Shown here: one piece after another, positions 1 to 11,499 of the stretch
Position numbering within the stretch: position 1 is the stretch's first letter
Layout of the letters: the number at the start of each line of letters is the position of its first letter
Assembly (NCBI RefSeq): GCF_006345805.1
Contig: NW_021833564.1
Location: 1-28,085, forward strand
Source of the DNA: Octopus sinensis
Lineage: Eukaryota
Direction of reading: 5' to 3'
Length of the DNA stretch: 28,085 nt
Program-made: the position numbers and the translations under genes
Notes under the pieces: generated by a model
Told to the model about the DNA's origin: nothing
The model's input: only the letters and a program-made list of their open reading frames with translations
Databases searched by the model: none

Positions 1-311
1 GAACGTGTTACTGACTGCAACATAATATGCAAGATCCTTGGACAGACGTCCATACTGAAATGGATTATAAAGTTTCGACGATAGATGTTGTGTTACACCC
101 AAAACCCAAATAAATATGCAAATTATCAGCATTTCAGACCAGAGATCACAACTAATGGTGTTATTTCCACTCGACAAGTATCTCTAAAATGTTGCAAACA
201 AAATATCTAACTAAATAAATAAAGATAAATAATGCACATCTATTTGACTGAATTAACCAATTCTTAAGTATTTACTCGGAACAGTTTGTGAGATGAAACT
301 TTGCAAATCAT

Positions 312-495
<184 letters not shown>

Positions 496-715
496 TTACT
501 GCGAGACATTTTCGTCTGCAACTGATATATTTTAAAAACTCTAGTGAGATGCTTTCTCGAGATGAATAACTCAGTTTCCAGGCTTTCTACAGTATATCCG
601 CGTTAAGTGTGACATTCAGAATACTAATTTTCCATTCTTCCCGAGCATCAAACTAATACACCTGCTTCTTGTTCCTTCACCTGCCTTCGTCTTTTGTTTC
701 TCGTAAATTTGAACT

Positions 716-867
716 ATATATATATACCAGAGTAAGCACATAAATGAGAAACAAGGTGGGGAAAATAATACTCGAATACCGGAGGTAGAGTAATATGCTT
801 TATTAGTAAAGTTGCCAAACCAGCACAAAAACTGTTACTCAGAGTTTCACGTTTCCGTTCGTCGGAC
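716..867 (-). mobile_element. Short Penelope-like (pLTR-type) fragment bounded by (TA)n
   Basis: Hammerhead-like core at 836-865 followed on the minus strand by AATAAA (plus TTTATT 799-804). (TA)n lies on both sides. Shares TACTC(G)AATAC...AGAGTAA...TTTATT with 11125-11300. The family assignment is inferred from the known PLE-hammerhead association. Confidence 0.55.
827..867 (-). ncRNA. Hammerhead ribozyme-like motif (type I, variant CCGACGA core, stem I truncated)
   Basis: Minus strand reads GT-CCGACGA-ACG GAAA CGT-GAAA-CTCTGAG-TA-ACAGTTTT. It has a 3-bp stem II with a GAAA tetraloop, a near-palindromic stem III and a GUA site. Only 2 bp of stem I remain. Confidence 0.5.
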
Positions 868-889
868 GATATATATATATATCTATGAA

Positions 890-1122
890 GGCGGCGAGCT
901 GGCAGAAACGTTAGCACGCCGGACGATATGCTTTCCCGCATTTTCGCCTGCCGCTATGTCCTGAGTTCAAATTCCGGTGAGGTCGACTTTGCCTTTCATC
1001 CTTTCGGGGTCGATAAATTAAGTACCAGTTACGCACTGGGGTCGATATAATCGACTTAATCCGTTTGTCTGTCCTTGTTTGTCCTCTCTGTGTTTAGTCT
1101 CTTGTGGGTAGTAAAGAAATAG
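890..1122 (+). mobile_element. tRNA-derived SINE, near full length
   Basis: GGCGGCGAGCTGGCAGAAACG head (A-box-like), B box GAGTTCAAATTCC at 963-975, central GCCTTTCATCCTTTCGGGGTCGATAAA domain; runs into a microsatellite. Resembles a common octopus SINE as recalled. Confidence 0.88.
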
Positions 1123-1123
1123 G

Positions 1124-1193
1124 TATATGTATATATACATACATACATGCATACATAAATATTTTACATACATACATATACATATGTGTATAT

Positions 1194-1267
<74 letters not shown>

Positions 1268-1892
1268 ATATATACATATATACCACACTTGTTGATTGTA
1301 TGTATGTATGTAGTATGTGTGTATGTATGTATGTATGTATGTATGTTGTGTGTATGTATGTATGTATGTATGTGTGGATGTAGTATGTATGTTGTGTATG
1401 TATGTATGTATGTATGTATGTATGTATGTGGGGATGTATGTATGTATGTGTGTATGTGTGTATGTATGTGTGTGTGTGTGTATGTATGTATTGTAGTATG
1501 TATGTATGTATGTATGTATGCAGTATGTAGGTATGTATGTATGTATGTGGTGTGTGTGTGTGTAGTTGTGTGTGTATGTATGTATGTATGTGTGTATGTG
1601 TGTATGTATGTATGTATGTATGCATGCATGTATGTATGTATGTATGTATGTATGCATGTATGTATGTATGTATGTATGTATGTATGTATGTGTGTATGTA
1701 TGTATGTATGTATGTGTGTGTATGTATGTATGTATGTGTGTATGTGTGTATGTATGTGTGTATGTATGTATGTATGTATGTATGTGTGTGTATGTATGTA
1801 TGTATGTATGTATGTATGTATGTATGTATGTATGTATGTATGTATGTATGTGTGTGTATGTATGTATGCATGTATGTATATATGTATGTATG
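1124..1892. repeat. Compound microsatellite (TACA)/(TA)n/(TATG)n
   Basis: Directly visible. Confidence 0.97.
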
Positions 1893-2088
1893 TTCAGCCG
1901 TTAGTAATATTCAACTTCTATCATTTATTATCTCTCTGTGCGCTATTGCATATCGTACGGTTTGAAGAAGCGTGGCAGTTTTTCTGAGGTTGCTAATCCT
2001 TTGCCGATTCTTTTAACGTTTCCGGAGAATGGCTCCCCCAACGACTCTTCCAACACAATGTGACTGGTTCCAAGAGATAGGAAAGCAT

Positions 2089-2190
2089 GAGAGGAGAGAG
2101 AGAGAGAGAGAGAGAGAAAAAGAGAGAGAAAGAGAAAGAGAGAGAGAGAGAGAAAGAGAGAATGGGCGAGAGAGAGAGAGAGAGAGAGAA
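2089..2190. repeat. (GA)n microsatellite
   Basis: Directly visible. Confidence 0.95.
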
Positions 2191-2871
2191 CGTGCGTGTG
2201 AAGGCGTAGAGAAAAGGTAGAAGGAAGAGGGTGGGAGAGATATAAGAATCGATTCCCGGACTTGACTTGTACTTTATTTATCGATCCCTATAGAGCTCAG
2301 AATGAATACTGATGCTCTAAAGACCCCATAATTTCACCACCTCTCTCACTATCACACTCTGTGTGTGTGTGTGTGGTGTGTGTGTGCATGTGCATATCTG
2401 TACGTATACATATGCATATTTGTACATGCATACACAACCACTTCGTACACATATACTGCCGCATGCACACACAAGCACACACCTACACACGATGCCCCAA
2501 ATGCAGATCCCAATTTTAGAATGTTATTACAATTGCATAGATTTTTGTTTTGAGAGTATAACCGATGAAATGTATATTGCATTTTAAAATTGGGCGTTAC
2601 TTTTGGGACACTCCTTATATTCACACTCACATACACACACAAATATAGGTATATGTATACACCCATGTGAATCCATGTGCACACACACACACACATATAT
2701 ATTATGTATATATGTTTATATGTGTATGCGTGTATTTATCTCTCTCTCTTTTTCTCTCTCTATATATATACATATACATACATAAGTACATACATACACA
2801 CACATATATATATATATGCACATATAGATATATATACACACATACACACATGCGTGTGTGTTAAGTATTTT

Positions 2872-2922
2872 GATAGATAGATAGATAGATAGATATAGAT
2901 AGATAGATAGATAGATAGATAG

Positions 2923-2970
<48 letters not shown>

Positions 2971-2989
2971 GATAGTTAGATAGATAGAT

Positions 2990-3068
<79 letters not shown>

Positions 3069-3127
3069 ATAAATAGATAGATAGATAGATGGATAGATAG
3101 ATTGATAGATAGATAGATAGATAGATG

Positions 3128-3178
<51 letters not shown>

Positions 3179-3192
3179 GGATAGATAGATAA

Positions 3193-3279
<87 letters not shown>
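2872..3279. repeat. (GATA)n microsatellite, about 100 units
   Basis: Directly visible. Confidence 0.98.
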
Positions 3280-3676
3280 CACTCTCACATACACAAAAAC
3301 AGACAGTTGTACAGAGAAATGACCGAAAAGAAGAGATGAAGGAAAAGAGATTACGGAGAGAAAGAATGAGAGAAAGAGAAGTTGTCTGATCAAATGGAAC
3401 GGAGACTAGAAATTATCGGTATGTTGAGATATTCAGCTTAGAAGAATAAACCGGTGATGAGAGAAAAAGGGGGAAAATAACGATAGGAGAGACAGTGAGA
3501 GATAGTGAGAGATTGTGAGAGATGTAGCATGAAGGGAGGAGGGATTATGGTTAAAGAGGTTGAATGCAGCAAAAGAGAGCCAGTAGAATGAAAGAAAGTG
3601 TTAGACGTGAAGAAAAGAATCAAGGAAATGTGTGAGAGAATCAATCAGAATATGTGATGTCTGGATGTATGCAAAG

Positions 3677-3890
3677 AGACAGAGAGAGAGAGAGAGAGAG
3701 AATGTGTGCTTGAGAGAGATAGAGAGAGAGAGAGAGAGGGGGAGAGAGAGAGGGAGAGAGAGGGAGAAAGAGAGAGTGTGTGTGTGAGAGAGATAGAGAT
3801 AGAGAGAGAGAGAGGGAGAGAGAGTGTGTGTGTGTGTGAGAGAGATAGAGATAGAGAGAGAGAGAGGGAGAGAGAGAGAGTGTGTGTGTG

Positions 3891-3924
<34 letters not shown>

Positions 3925-4139
3925 GGAGAGGGAGAGAGAGTGTGTGTGTGAGAGAGATAGAAGGAGGGAGGGAGAGAGAGAATGAAGGTGAAACGAAGGT
4001 AAGAGATGAAGAGAAACATTTTGGAAAATCAGATGAGGTGTGAGATATAAAAATAGATAGATAGATAGATAGAAGATGGCAAGGAGAGAAACAAAAATAA
4101 ATATTTAGATTATTAATCTATTTAGATTACCAAGAAAAA

Positions 4140-4182
<43 letters not shown>

Positions 4183-4200
4183 GAGGGAGAGAGAGAGATA
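3677..4200. repeat. (GA)n/(GT)n compound repeats within a purine-rich region
   Basis: Directly visible; (GA)n-(GT)n modules recur at 3775-3960. Confidence 0.9.
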
Positions 4201-5969
4201 CAGATGAGGGGGGAAAGAGAAAGTGCAAGTACAGTGAGGCAAGGGAAGAGGCAGACAAATATTGCAAGAGTGGGAGAGAGGGGCAAGAAAGAGAAAGAAA
4301 GATGTATACGAGGATAGTGTAAAAGAGGAAGAGAGAGAGAAAACGAAAAGCAACCACAGAGGGAGAGAAAAAAGCAGGTAGAAATTTAGAGAGAGGTAAA
4401 GGAAAATATAGGAAGGGTGATCAAGAGACAGATAAAAAGTGGGATAGAGGAAAGAAGTGAGAGAAAAAGCGGGAGAGAGTCGAAAGATAAACATAGACGG
4501 AAAAAACGAAAGCACTACTAGAGGGAAAAACGACAGGCCGGGTTGAAAAGAGAGATATTTCTATCGATATACACTAAGATGCAGGAACTAAACTCTATTG
4601 ATTTGGAGGCAGACCTCTCGTCGTCTTCTCCCAGACCCCCTGTCAGCCTTTCTCCCATCTTTTCAATCGCTACTCGTTCGTCTTCCAGAAGCGCACTGAA
4701 CTGACATGATCAACAGCCAGCATCCATTGAGCGAGCATCGGGAAATACACCAACCATCAACATTAGCTACTGGCTTCTTCTTCTTCTTCTAGCTTACTCC
4801 TGTTATCAACAACTAAAAAACACTAAAATAATTATGCTCCTACCTGGAAGACCACCAGTGCAATATAGGATAACAAACACCTATCAAAAAACAAATTAAT
4901 TAAGCTACCAACAAAAAAGAAAATGCTGCGATGTTCATTAATTAAGGAGATTTAACACGAGAGGTGTGAGAGAGAGAGAGAGAGGAAGCGAAAGGGAGCG
5001 TGTGTGAGTGTGTGTGTGTGCGTGAATAAGTATGAGATAGGTAAATATAAAGAGAAAGAGAAAGAGAGAGATTAATTGATAGGTGAGAAAAGGAGTGAAA
5101 GGTAAAAAAATTACTGTCTCAACATTAACACACGTTCCGTTGTCAACAAAGTGAAGAATTATACCTGAAAATGTAGATATCTAACTAGTAATATCCAGAT
5201 ATTTTTTTATTTCGTTTTTTTCCCTCCCTTTTCCATATCAAGACGGATTGGTTTTTACTCCTTCTCACAGTCCATTTGCCTGTCCTTTTTCTTGGAATCG
5301 TTTTACACACGCATACCTATGCATTAAAGCCTTTATTCACGCACACTTTTCGATATATTAACCAAGCTACGGTTAGTTCTGTCACAGCTTTTTGTTCTCC
5401 ATCGTTCTTCATTGCTTTTTATCCGTTGAGTGTCAATTATTTGTTTTAAAGCTTAGCTTTTTTTCAACCACAGGATTTTATTACCAGACCAAAGGACCTC
5501 GATTAAAGGCCCCTTATCATAATCCAACTGTTATCTAACACGCCCCCTTACCTGCTTTTGTTTTATCATCATCTTTTCTCTTTCTTTTTTTTCTTTGTTA
5601 TTTCATGATACCGTATCGCGGGAGAAACGAAAAAGCCTTTCTGTCTGCTCCACATCAATAGTATGAATAAGTAAGCAGCATAAACAATGTTCACATGAAT
5701 ATTTCACTATTCCCAGGGATAATTTACTCCGACATCACACCAACGAAAACATTTTCCGCTAAAACAAAAACCAAAATAAAAAAAATATATATATAACAAA
5801 TGCATTCACAACGCGGATTCATTGTAGTCGGAGGTAGTTTGCGAATGCTTTTGATGTTCTTATTATCGTTATCCTTATTTTTGTCATCTTTATTATCATT
5901 ATTACACTTATAACAAAACCTCATTTTTAACCAAACACATCCACACGCACATCTCTCTTTCACGCGCTT

Positions 5970-6005
<36 letters not shown>

Positions 6006-6071
6006 CACATCTTTCTATCTTATATTGGCCTTTTTGGATGTACATATACACTCACAGAACAACATCGAATA

Positions 6072-6293
6072 ATGTGGAATCAGCGTTTTTTGTCGCCAAA
6101 ACATGTTTACATGAGAAGCATGTCGAAAGCATTTGTGTTCACAATTCTCATTGGCACGGCCATGTGTACGTTTAAAGATCCCATCACACTGATGGCAAGT
6201 AAGGCTTATCCCGGTGAGGATAAGCATGATATAGGAACTTTGGCAGGAGACGTTCAAAACTGGGCAATTCTCATACAAAACTACATTCTACAG
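6072..6293 (+). CDS. Probable first coding exon of a secreted or membrane protein, possibly voltage-gated calcium channel alpha2delta (VWA/Cache) family
   Basis: Non-repetitive 74-codon frame ending at a phase-0 donor CAG|GTACGT (6293/6294). Signal-peptide-like MSKAFVFTILIGTAMC; alternative starts at 6111 and 6120. DVQNWAILIQNYILQ resembles the V-x-x-W-A helix just after the signal peptide in alpha2delta subunits. Possible acceptor CACAG ending at 6057. The exon is better supported than the family call. Confidence 0.6.
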
Positions 6294-6351
6294 GTACGTG
6301 TTCTCTTAACTTTCTTTCTTTAATCCTATGCATTGTCATTTTTACTTCTAT

Positions 6352-6392
6352 TTCATTCATTCATTCATTCATTCATTCATTCATTCATTCAT
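6352..6392. repeat. (TTCA)n microsatellite
   Basis: Directly visible. Confidence 0.95.
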
Positions 6393-6986
6393 TTTCTCTA
6401 TTTCCTTTAATATTCTTCCTTTCACAATTTACAACCATTTGTGCTCTGTACTTGGGGTTTATGCGGTTATCTAACAATTTATATCGACTTCTCAATTTCG
6501 AGCTCTTTAAAAAATATTTTTCTTTTATCAGTTATTGTATTAACAGAAATATTTACTATCTATCATTCATTTCTCAAGTTTCTCTAATAAATTACAAATG
6601 CCACATAATTTATCTAAAGCACTTGGTCCTTTTAAGCGCAACCTGATCACGCTTTTGGTTTTGCAACTCCAATCTCCAATCTCGTTTTTAAAACCGGTGA
6701 TTATCCATCGCAAACATATATGCTGTTATGAACTGTTTTTGTATTGTTGTTTAGCTTCAAATCAGCCCTATTCAAGCATATTTTTATACGAAAGTCATTC
6801 AATCCGTGATCTCCCGTCAGCTTGTATATCAGAAACCATTCTATCTTGTATACTATTCTTTATTTGTGACGATCGTGTGTCACTTGAAGGATATTTGGCT
6901 TCTATTTTCAGCAAATCAAGTGATTGTTTAGAGGTCCCTTCGTTCTTCTATTGTTATTGCTTTTGATAGTAGTTATTATTATTTTT

Positions 6987-7335
6987 TGTTTAGCCCTAGG
7001 TCAACCCTGATCGAACGACTCTATGATCTAGCTGTATATAGTCAGGATATCATCGTTCACTATGTTCCTTTTTTTTTTTAACACGGCAGGGTGTGATTTT
7101 AAGCAGATTGAACTGCTATTTCTTGCTCAGAGGTTCTCTTGCTGGCGCCTGAAAATTGTTGGTTGCTTAGCTCCAGGTCCTACCTCTATCGTGCAGATCT
7201 ACTCATGGTCAAATGCATTCTAAATATGTAACCATTCTACCTATGTTTGAGGCATCAATGTCTAGGATTGCATAGGTCTAATGTACCATTTCCCCCTTTT
7301 TTTTTAGATTGTTGTGTGCGATTTAAGGGAGATTT
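6987..7335 (-). mobile_element. Two diverged 3' fragments of an old retroposon family
   Basis: TTTAGCCCTAGGTCAACCCTGATCGA (6989) and TTAGCTCCAGGTC (7168) are reverse complements of the 3' ends of the copies at 8020-8665. Confidence 0.6.
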
Positions 7336-7479
7336 CTTTGTTAATACTGGAGTAGAAGTACCAACCAGCCGTCCAGTTGACCAACGGTCCATATATTTCA
7401 GCATTTCGCAATATTCTTGCTTCAGGACAAGAAATTTTGTCCAGGAGCCCTTATGCAAGTTTTCAAAAATCACAGAACT

Positions 7480-7510
7480 CCTGTATTTTACAGACAACCC
7501 GGTCACCCTA
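7480..7510. mobile_element. Possible hAT (Blackjack-like) DNA transposon terminus
   Basis: GGTCACCCTA at 7501-7510 is the reverse complement of the TAGGGTGACC terminus; no partner TIR was found. Confidence 0.3.
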
Positions 7511-8019
7511 ATTTTGATCTGATATTAAATGAAGCAAAAATGATTTTAGTGAAAGTATCCGTGTGTGTGTGTGAATGTGTGTGTAGGTATATTATTTGGA
7601 AGCTGATGAATAGCAATTTTTTAATACAGACTATATTTTTGATTATCTTTAAGACATCTCGCGGAATCTTAGGATCCCAGGGACTCACTTTTGGAGACGC
7701 TGGTGTCATTAGTATGCCGTGTATTGAGTTCAAAATTATCTTAAGAGTGTGGTTTAGATTTTGATGGGGAATAAACAGCATTGCCCTAGATATACCACGT
7801 GAAAATGGAGACTTCCAAGTGATGACCTCATACAAACACGCGTTCAATAATGAAGGGATCGTGATTGGATTGAGGCAGTGCCTCTGGCGCAGTTTTTGGC
7901 AGAAGCGTAAAATTTTTTTGGGGGTTATAATATCTGTTAAATGGGGCGGAGATGTCAAAAGTGTATTTGGCCCCTCGGACACTGACTGAGAAGTCTTGGT
8001 AAGCTACCGGTTTTGAACT

Positions 8020-8665
8020 CTTGCCAACAAGTAGTCTCTTCTGATCGCTCCACCCGTCAGAAGTAGAGTCTTAACTCTCTCAAATCACAACCTGGGTACG
8101 GTAAAAAAAAATATATAAATAAAAGGGGACGGTATATGATCGTGACTAACTGGAATGTTTTTTTTTTTTTTAAATCATAGTTCTCTTCGATCAGGGCTGA
8201 TCTAGGACTAAAAGCAACGTTACATGCTGACGGGAAAATTTATATGCGATGGCTCAGTTTGCTGGAAACAGCAGCGAATTATCTTTCAAATGACACCTTA
8301 ACGTCTTAAAAAAATAACGAAGGAAGGACAACTGGATCGTGTAATCTTGTTTACACTTCGTCTGGAAAAGAATGAACAGTTACGGCTGGAATGCCTTTGA
8401 ATATAGGTTTTTCTCGATTAGGGCTGACTTTTGTTCCATAATAAACAACGACGAGAAATGATCTAATGAAGGAAACTATTACAGATCATTCAACATGCTA
8501 GAAACAACGGCCCAGTTCCCTAAAATTACCCTCTACCGTCTTTGAATACTAAGGATGCACTGGACAATGTATATAGTTCACAACATTTTAAAAATGAGAT
8601 GGTGATGGTTGGATTGTCTTTGATGATAAGTAGGCTCCACCAGGACTGACCTAGGGGTAAACAAT
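8020..8665 (+). mobile_element. Three consecutive diverged 3' fragments of the same old retroposon family
   Basis: Recurring GGAATGCCTTTGA...CGATCAGGGCTGACCTAGGG-CTAAACAAC-like ends at about 8215, 8450 and 8665. Confidence 0.65.
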
Positions 8666-9521
8666 AGTTAGAAAGAAAAAAAAATCACTTCAGACCAGAA
8701 TTGAATATAAATTGAGATGTTGACGGTACAGCAGTGATGTTGGGATTTTCATGAGTATGTCAATAACAGCTATTTGAGTGATTAGTTGTAGATCTGAAAC
8801 TGGTGTATCAATCATATTTACTAACATCACTCATGCTGGTTCAATTTTTACTAATCTCTTTTTTTTAAAGCAAGTTGAATAAAATATATATTTATTATTC
8901 CCGTCATCTTAATCCTATAAACTATGGCCACCGCCATTACTAATACTGAAACCAATCCCCGTTTATAATCGTTGTTTTAATTTTCTCATTACGAAGTCCA
9001 CGACAAGACATTAGAACCACTGACATCATCCACGTAACCCATGCTTGTCAGTCGTAACACCAAAACAATCAGAAATGGCCATGAAGGCCACATCTGATGT
9101 TTGTTAGAGTCGTTAGTATAGAGGGCATCAATTTTCCAAGTTTGCATCACACTTTTGATTTATCATTGGATTGGATTTAGCCAGCAAGTGTATTCTCAAC
9201 ACGATTAACCTGAGGATTAGCAAATACTATAACACTAGCATAATAGAATTGCAGTGCAATCGCCAGAAATTTGTTCAACAGTGTATGAAACAAACCACTC
9301 AGCAGAGGCACCTAAATCTATATATATTCAACTTCTACCTGTCCATATGTAAATCCCTTCTGAAAGCCATGGAGTTTAGAAGAAAATTCCCCATCGTTAC
9401 TGACCCGCAACACCAGGGTAAAAACGAATGCTAAAAAGTCATTCTTGCATGAAGAAGATTTACTCTTTGTTCATTAATTCAATGGGGAGATATTGTGGAA
9501 CAGAAGTACCCAATCTTGTGG

Positions 9522-9665
9522 GGCTGAAGCTTGCTTATCAACCGTATGGTTCTGGGTTCAGTCCAGTTGCATGCCACCATGGGACAAGTATCTTCTACTA
9601 GAGCCTCGGGCCGACCAAAACGTTGTGAGCTGATTTGGTAAATGGAAACTGAAATAAGCACATTG
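9522..9665 (+). mobile_element. Diverged 5' half of the CORE-like tRNA SINE
   Basis: Colinear with 24705-24845 (GCTTGCTT...GGTTCAGTCC...GCCTCGGGCCGACCAAA...GGAAACTGAAA). Confidence 0.85.
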
Positions 9666-9745
9666 TGTGTGTGCGTGTATATATATATATATATATATAT
9701 ATAGATATAGATATATCTCTATGTGTGTGTGTATGTGTATATTTG

Positions 9746-9778
<33 letters not shown>

Positions 9779-9881
9779 AACAACTTATAATTTTAACCGT
9801 AAAGTTATTTTAGTATGTTCCACATTTCTTGATGGAATTCTTTTCTGTAGAGAAAAAAAAAACTTCATCCTATATTAGTAG

Positions 9882-9900
9882 TATATATATATTATATATA

Positions 9901-9960
<60 letters not shown>

Positions 9961-10298
9961 TATATATATATGTATATATAATATATGTATATAATATATG
10001 GTATATATATATATATGTATATATATATATGTATATATATATATGTATATATATAATAGTATTATATATATATATATATGTGTATATATATTATATTATT
10101 ATGTGTATATATGTATGTATATATGTATGTATATATATGTATGTATGTATATATGTGTATGTATATATATATGCATGTATATATAAACATGCATATATAT
10201 ATGTATATGTATATATATATGTATATATGTATGTGTATCTATGTATATATATATATGCATATATGTATGTATATGTATATGTATGTATATATGTATAT
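9882..10298. repeat. (TA)n/(TATG) microsatellite
   Basis: Directly visible. Confidence 0.97.
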
Positions 10299-10590
10299 AC
10301 TTGATACTTTGATACTTTGATAGGTTTCGGCCATTATTGGCCCAGGCCATGTCTAACTTAATAGCACCACCTGGTGAAGTCTTTCAAGTCAGAATTTGGG
10401 CACTATGGCCCACTCAAGTAGAGAGTTATTGTTTACAGAGACATATCCAGGTGTAGGGGGTTTATCCGGGATTTCTTGAAGGAATCTGTCCAAAGACTTC
10501 TTGAACCCTATAGGGTCAGTTTCTGTTTTAATGTGTTTTGGTGTAATGTTAAAGAGAGCGGGGCCAATTGAGGTGAAATAATTGAAATAC
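10297..10590 (-). mobile_element. 5'-truncated CR1-group LINE 3' end
   Basis: ORF2 C-terminus [13 protein letters not shown]...FKKSLDRFLQEIPDKP...NNSLLEW followed by a stop, a ~70-bp 3' UTR and an octamer tail (TATCAAAG)n. Confidence 0.85.
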
Positions 10591-11067
10591 ATATGTATGT
10601 ATATGTATATATATATGTGTATATTTATATGTATTTGTATGCATGTGTATATAAATATATATATATATATGTATATTTATATGTATTTGTCTATATATGT
10701 ATATATGTATATTTATATATGTGTATATATATATGTGTACATGTATATATATATATATATATGTGTATATGTATATGTATATGTGTATATGTGTATATAT
10801 GTATGTATATGTATATATATATATATATGTGTATATATATGTGTATATATATGTATATATATATATATATATGTATGTGTGTATGTATATATATGTATCT
10901 ATGTGTGTATATATATGTGTATGTATGTGTGTATATATATGTGTGTATGTATGTGTAGATATGTATGTGTATATATATATGTATGTATATATATAACATC
11001 TGTATGGTATCTTACAACTTTACTTTGTTATATATGTATATTGTATACATATATATCTATGTATATG

Positions 11068-11125
<58 letters not shown>
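10589..11125. repeat. (TA)/(TATG) microsatellite
   Basis: Directly visible. Confidence 0.97.
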
Positions 11126-11128
<3 letters not shown>

Positions 11129-11301
11129 GGTCCCGGGTTGAGTCGGGGTAACCACAGTTAATAAGGTACTCAATACATAGCAGAGTAAATTAATTTATTT
11201 TATAGAAGGAGCTTCTACAGGACTAGAACTGTTTCATTCAAATAAAATCTTCAGGAAGCTTCTGAAGATTTCATTTGAATGAAACAGTTCTAGTCCTATA
11301 A

Positions 11302-11305
<4 letters not shown>
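11126..11305 (-). mobile_element. Penelope-like pLTR fragment with inverted duplication, embedded in (TA)n
   Basis: Hammerhead motif, downstream AATAAA on the minus strand, and 36-bp inverted arms 11219-11254 / 11262-11297 with one mismatch. Confidence 0.7.
11210..11260 (-). ncRNA. Type I hammerhead ribozyme motif
   Basis: Minus strand reads AGCTTC-CTGAAGA-TTTTATTTGAAT-GAAA-CAG TTCTAGTC CTG-TA-GAAGCT. Perfect 6-bp stem I, CUGANGA and GAAA core, stem III ACAG/CTGT, GUA cleavage triplet; stem II is weak. Confidence 0.72.
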
Positions 11306-11355
<50 letters not shown>

Positions 11356-11499
11356 TATGTATGTATGTATGTATGTATATATATACATATCTATACACGT
11401 ACATATTTATATGTGTGTGTTTATGTATACAGTAATCTCTATCATGGGTGTTGCATTCCAAAACGCCCTGTAATAAGTGAAAATCTTCGAAGTAGAAAC

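Noticed and set aside
890-980. tRNA gene
   Set aside because: A and B boxes are present, but no cloverleaf is evident and the sequence continues into a SINE body.
4579-4704. 41-codon ORF MQELNSIDLEAD..., a possible uORF
   Set aside because: Short, with no recognisable homology, and the transcript start is unknown.
5545-5556. Minus-strand donor-like CAG|GTAAGG suggesting a divergent gene
   Set aside because: A single motif with no supporting ORF or exon chain.
7876-7984. Possible MITE with CAGTG...CACTG ends
   Set aside because: Only about 5 bp of terminal match and no clear target-site duplication.
9171-9434. 87-aa ORF as a possible second exon
   Set aside because: No recognisable similarity and no convincing in-phase splice sites.
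9998-11076. Tyr/Ile/Met-rich ORFs
   Set aside because: Translations of TA/TATG repeats; only 10389-10592 is real, and it is a LINE remnant.
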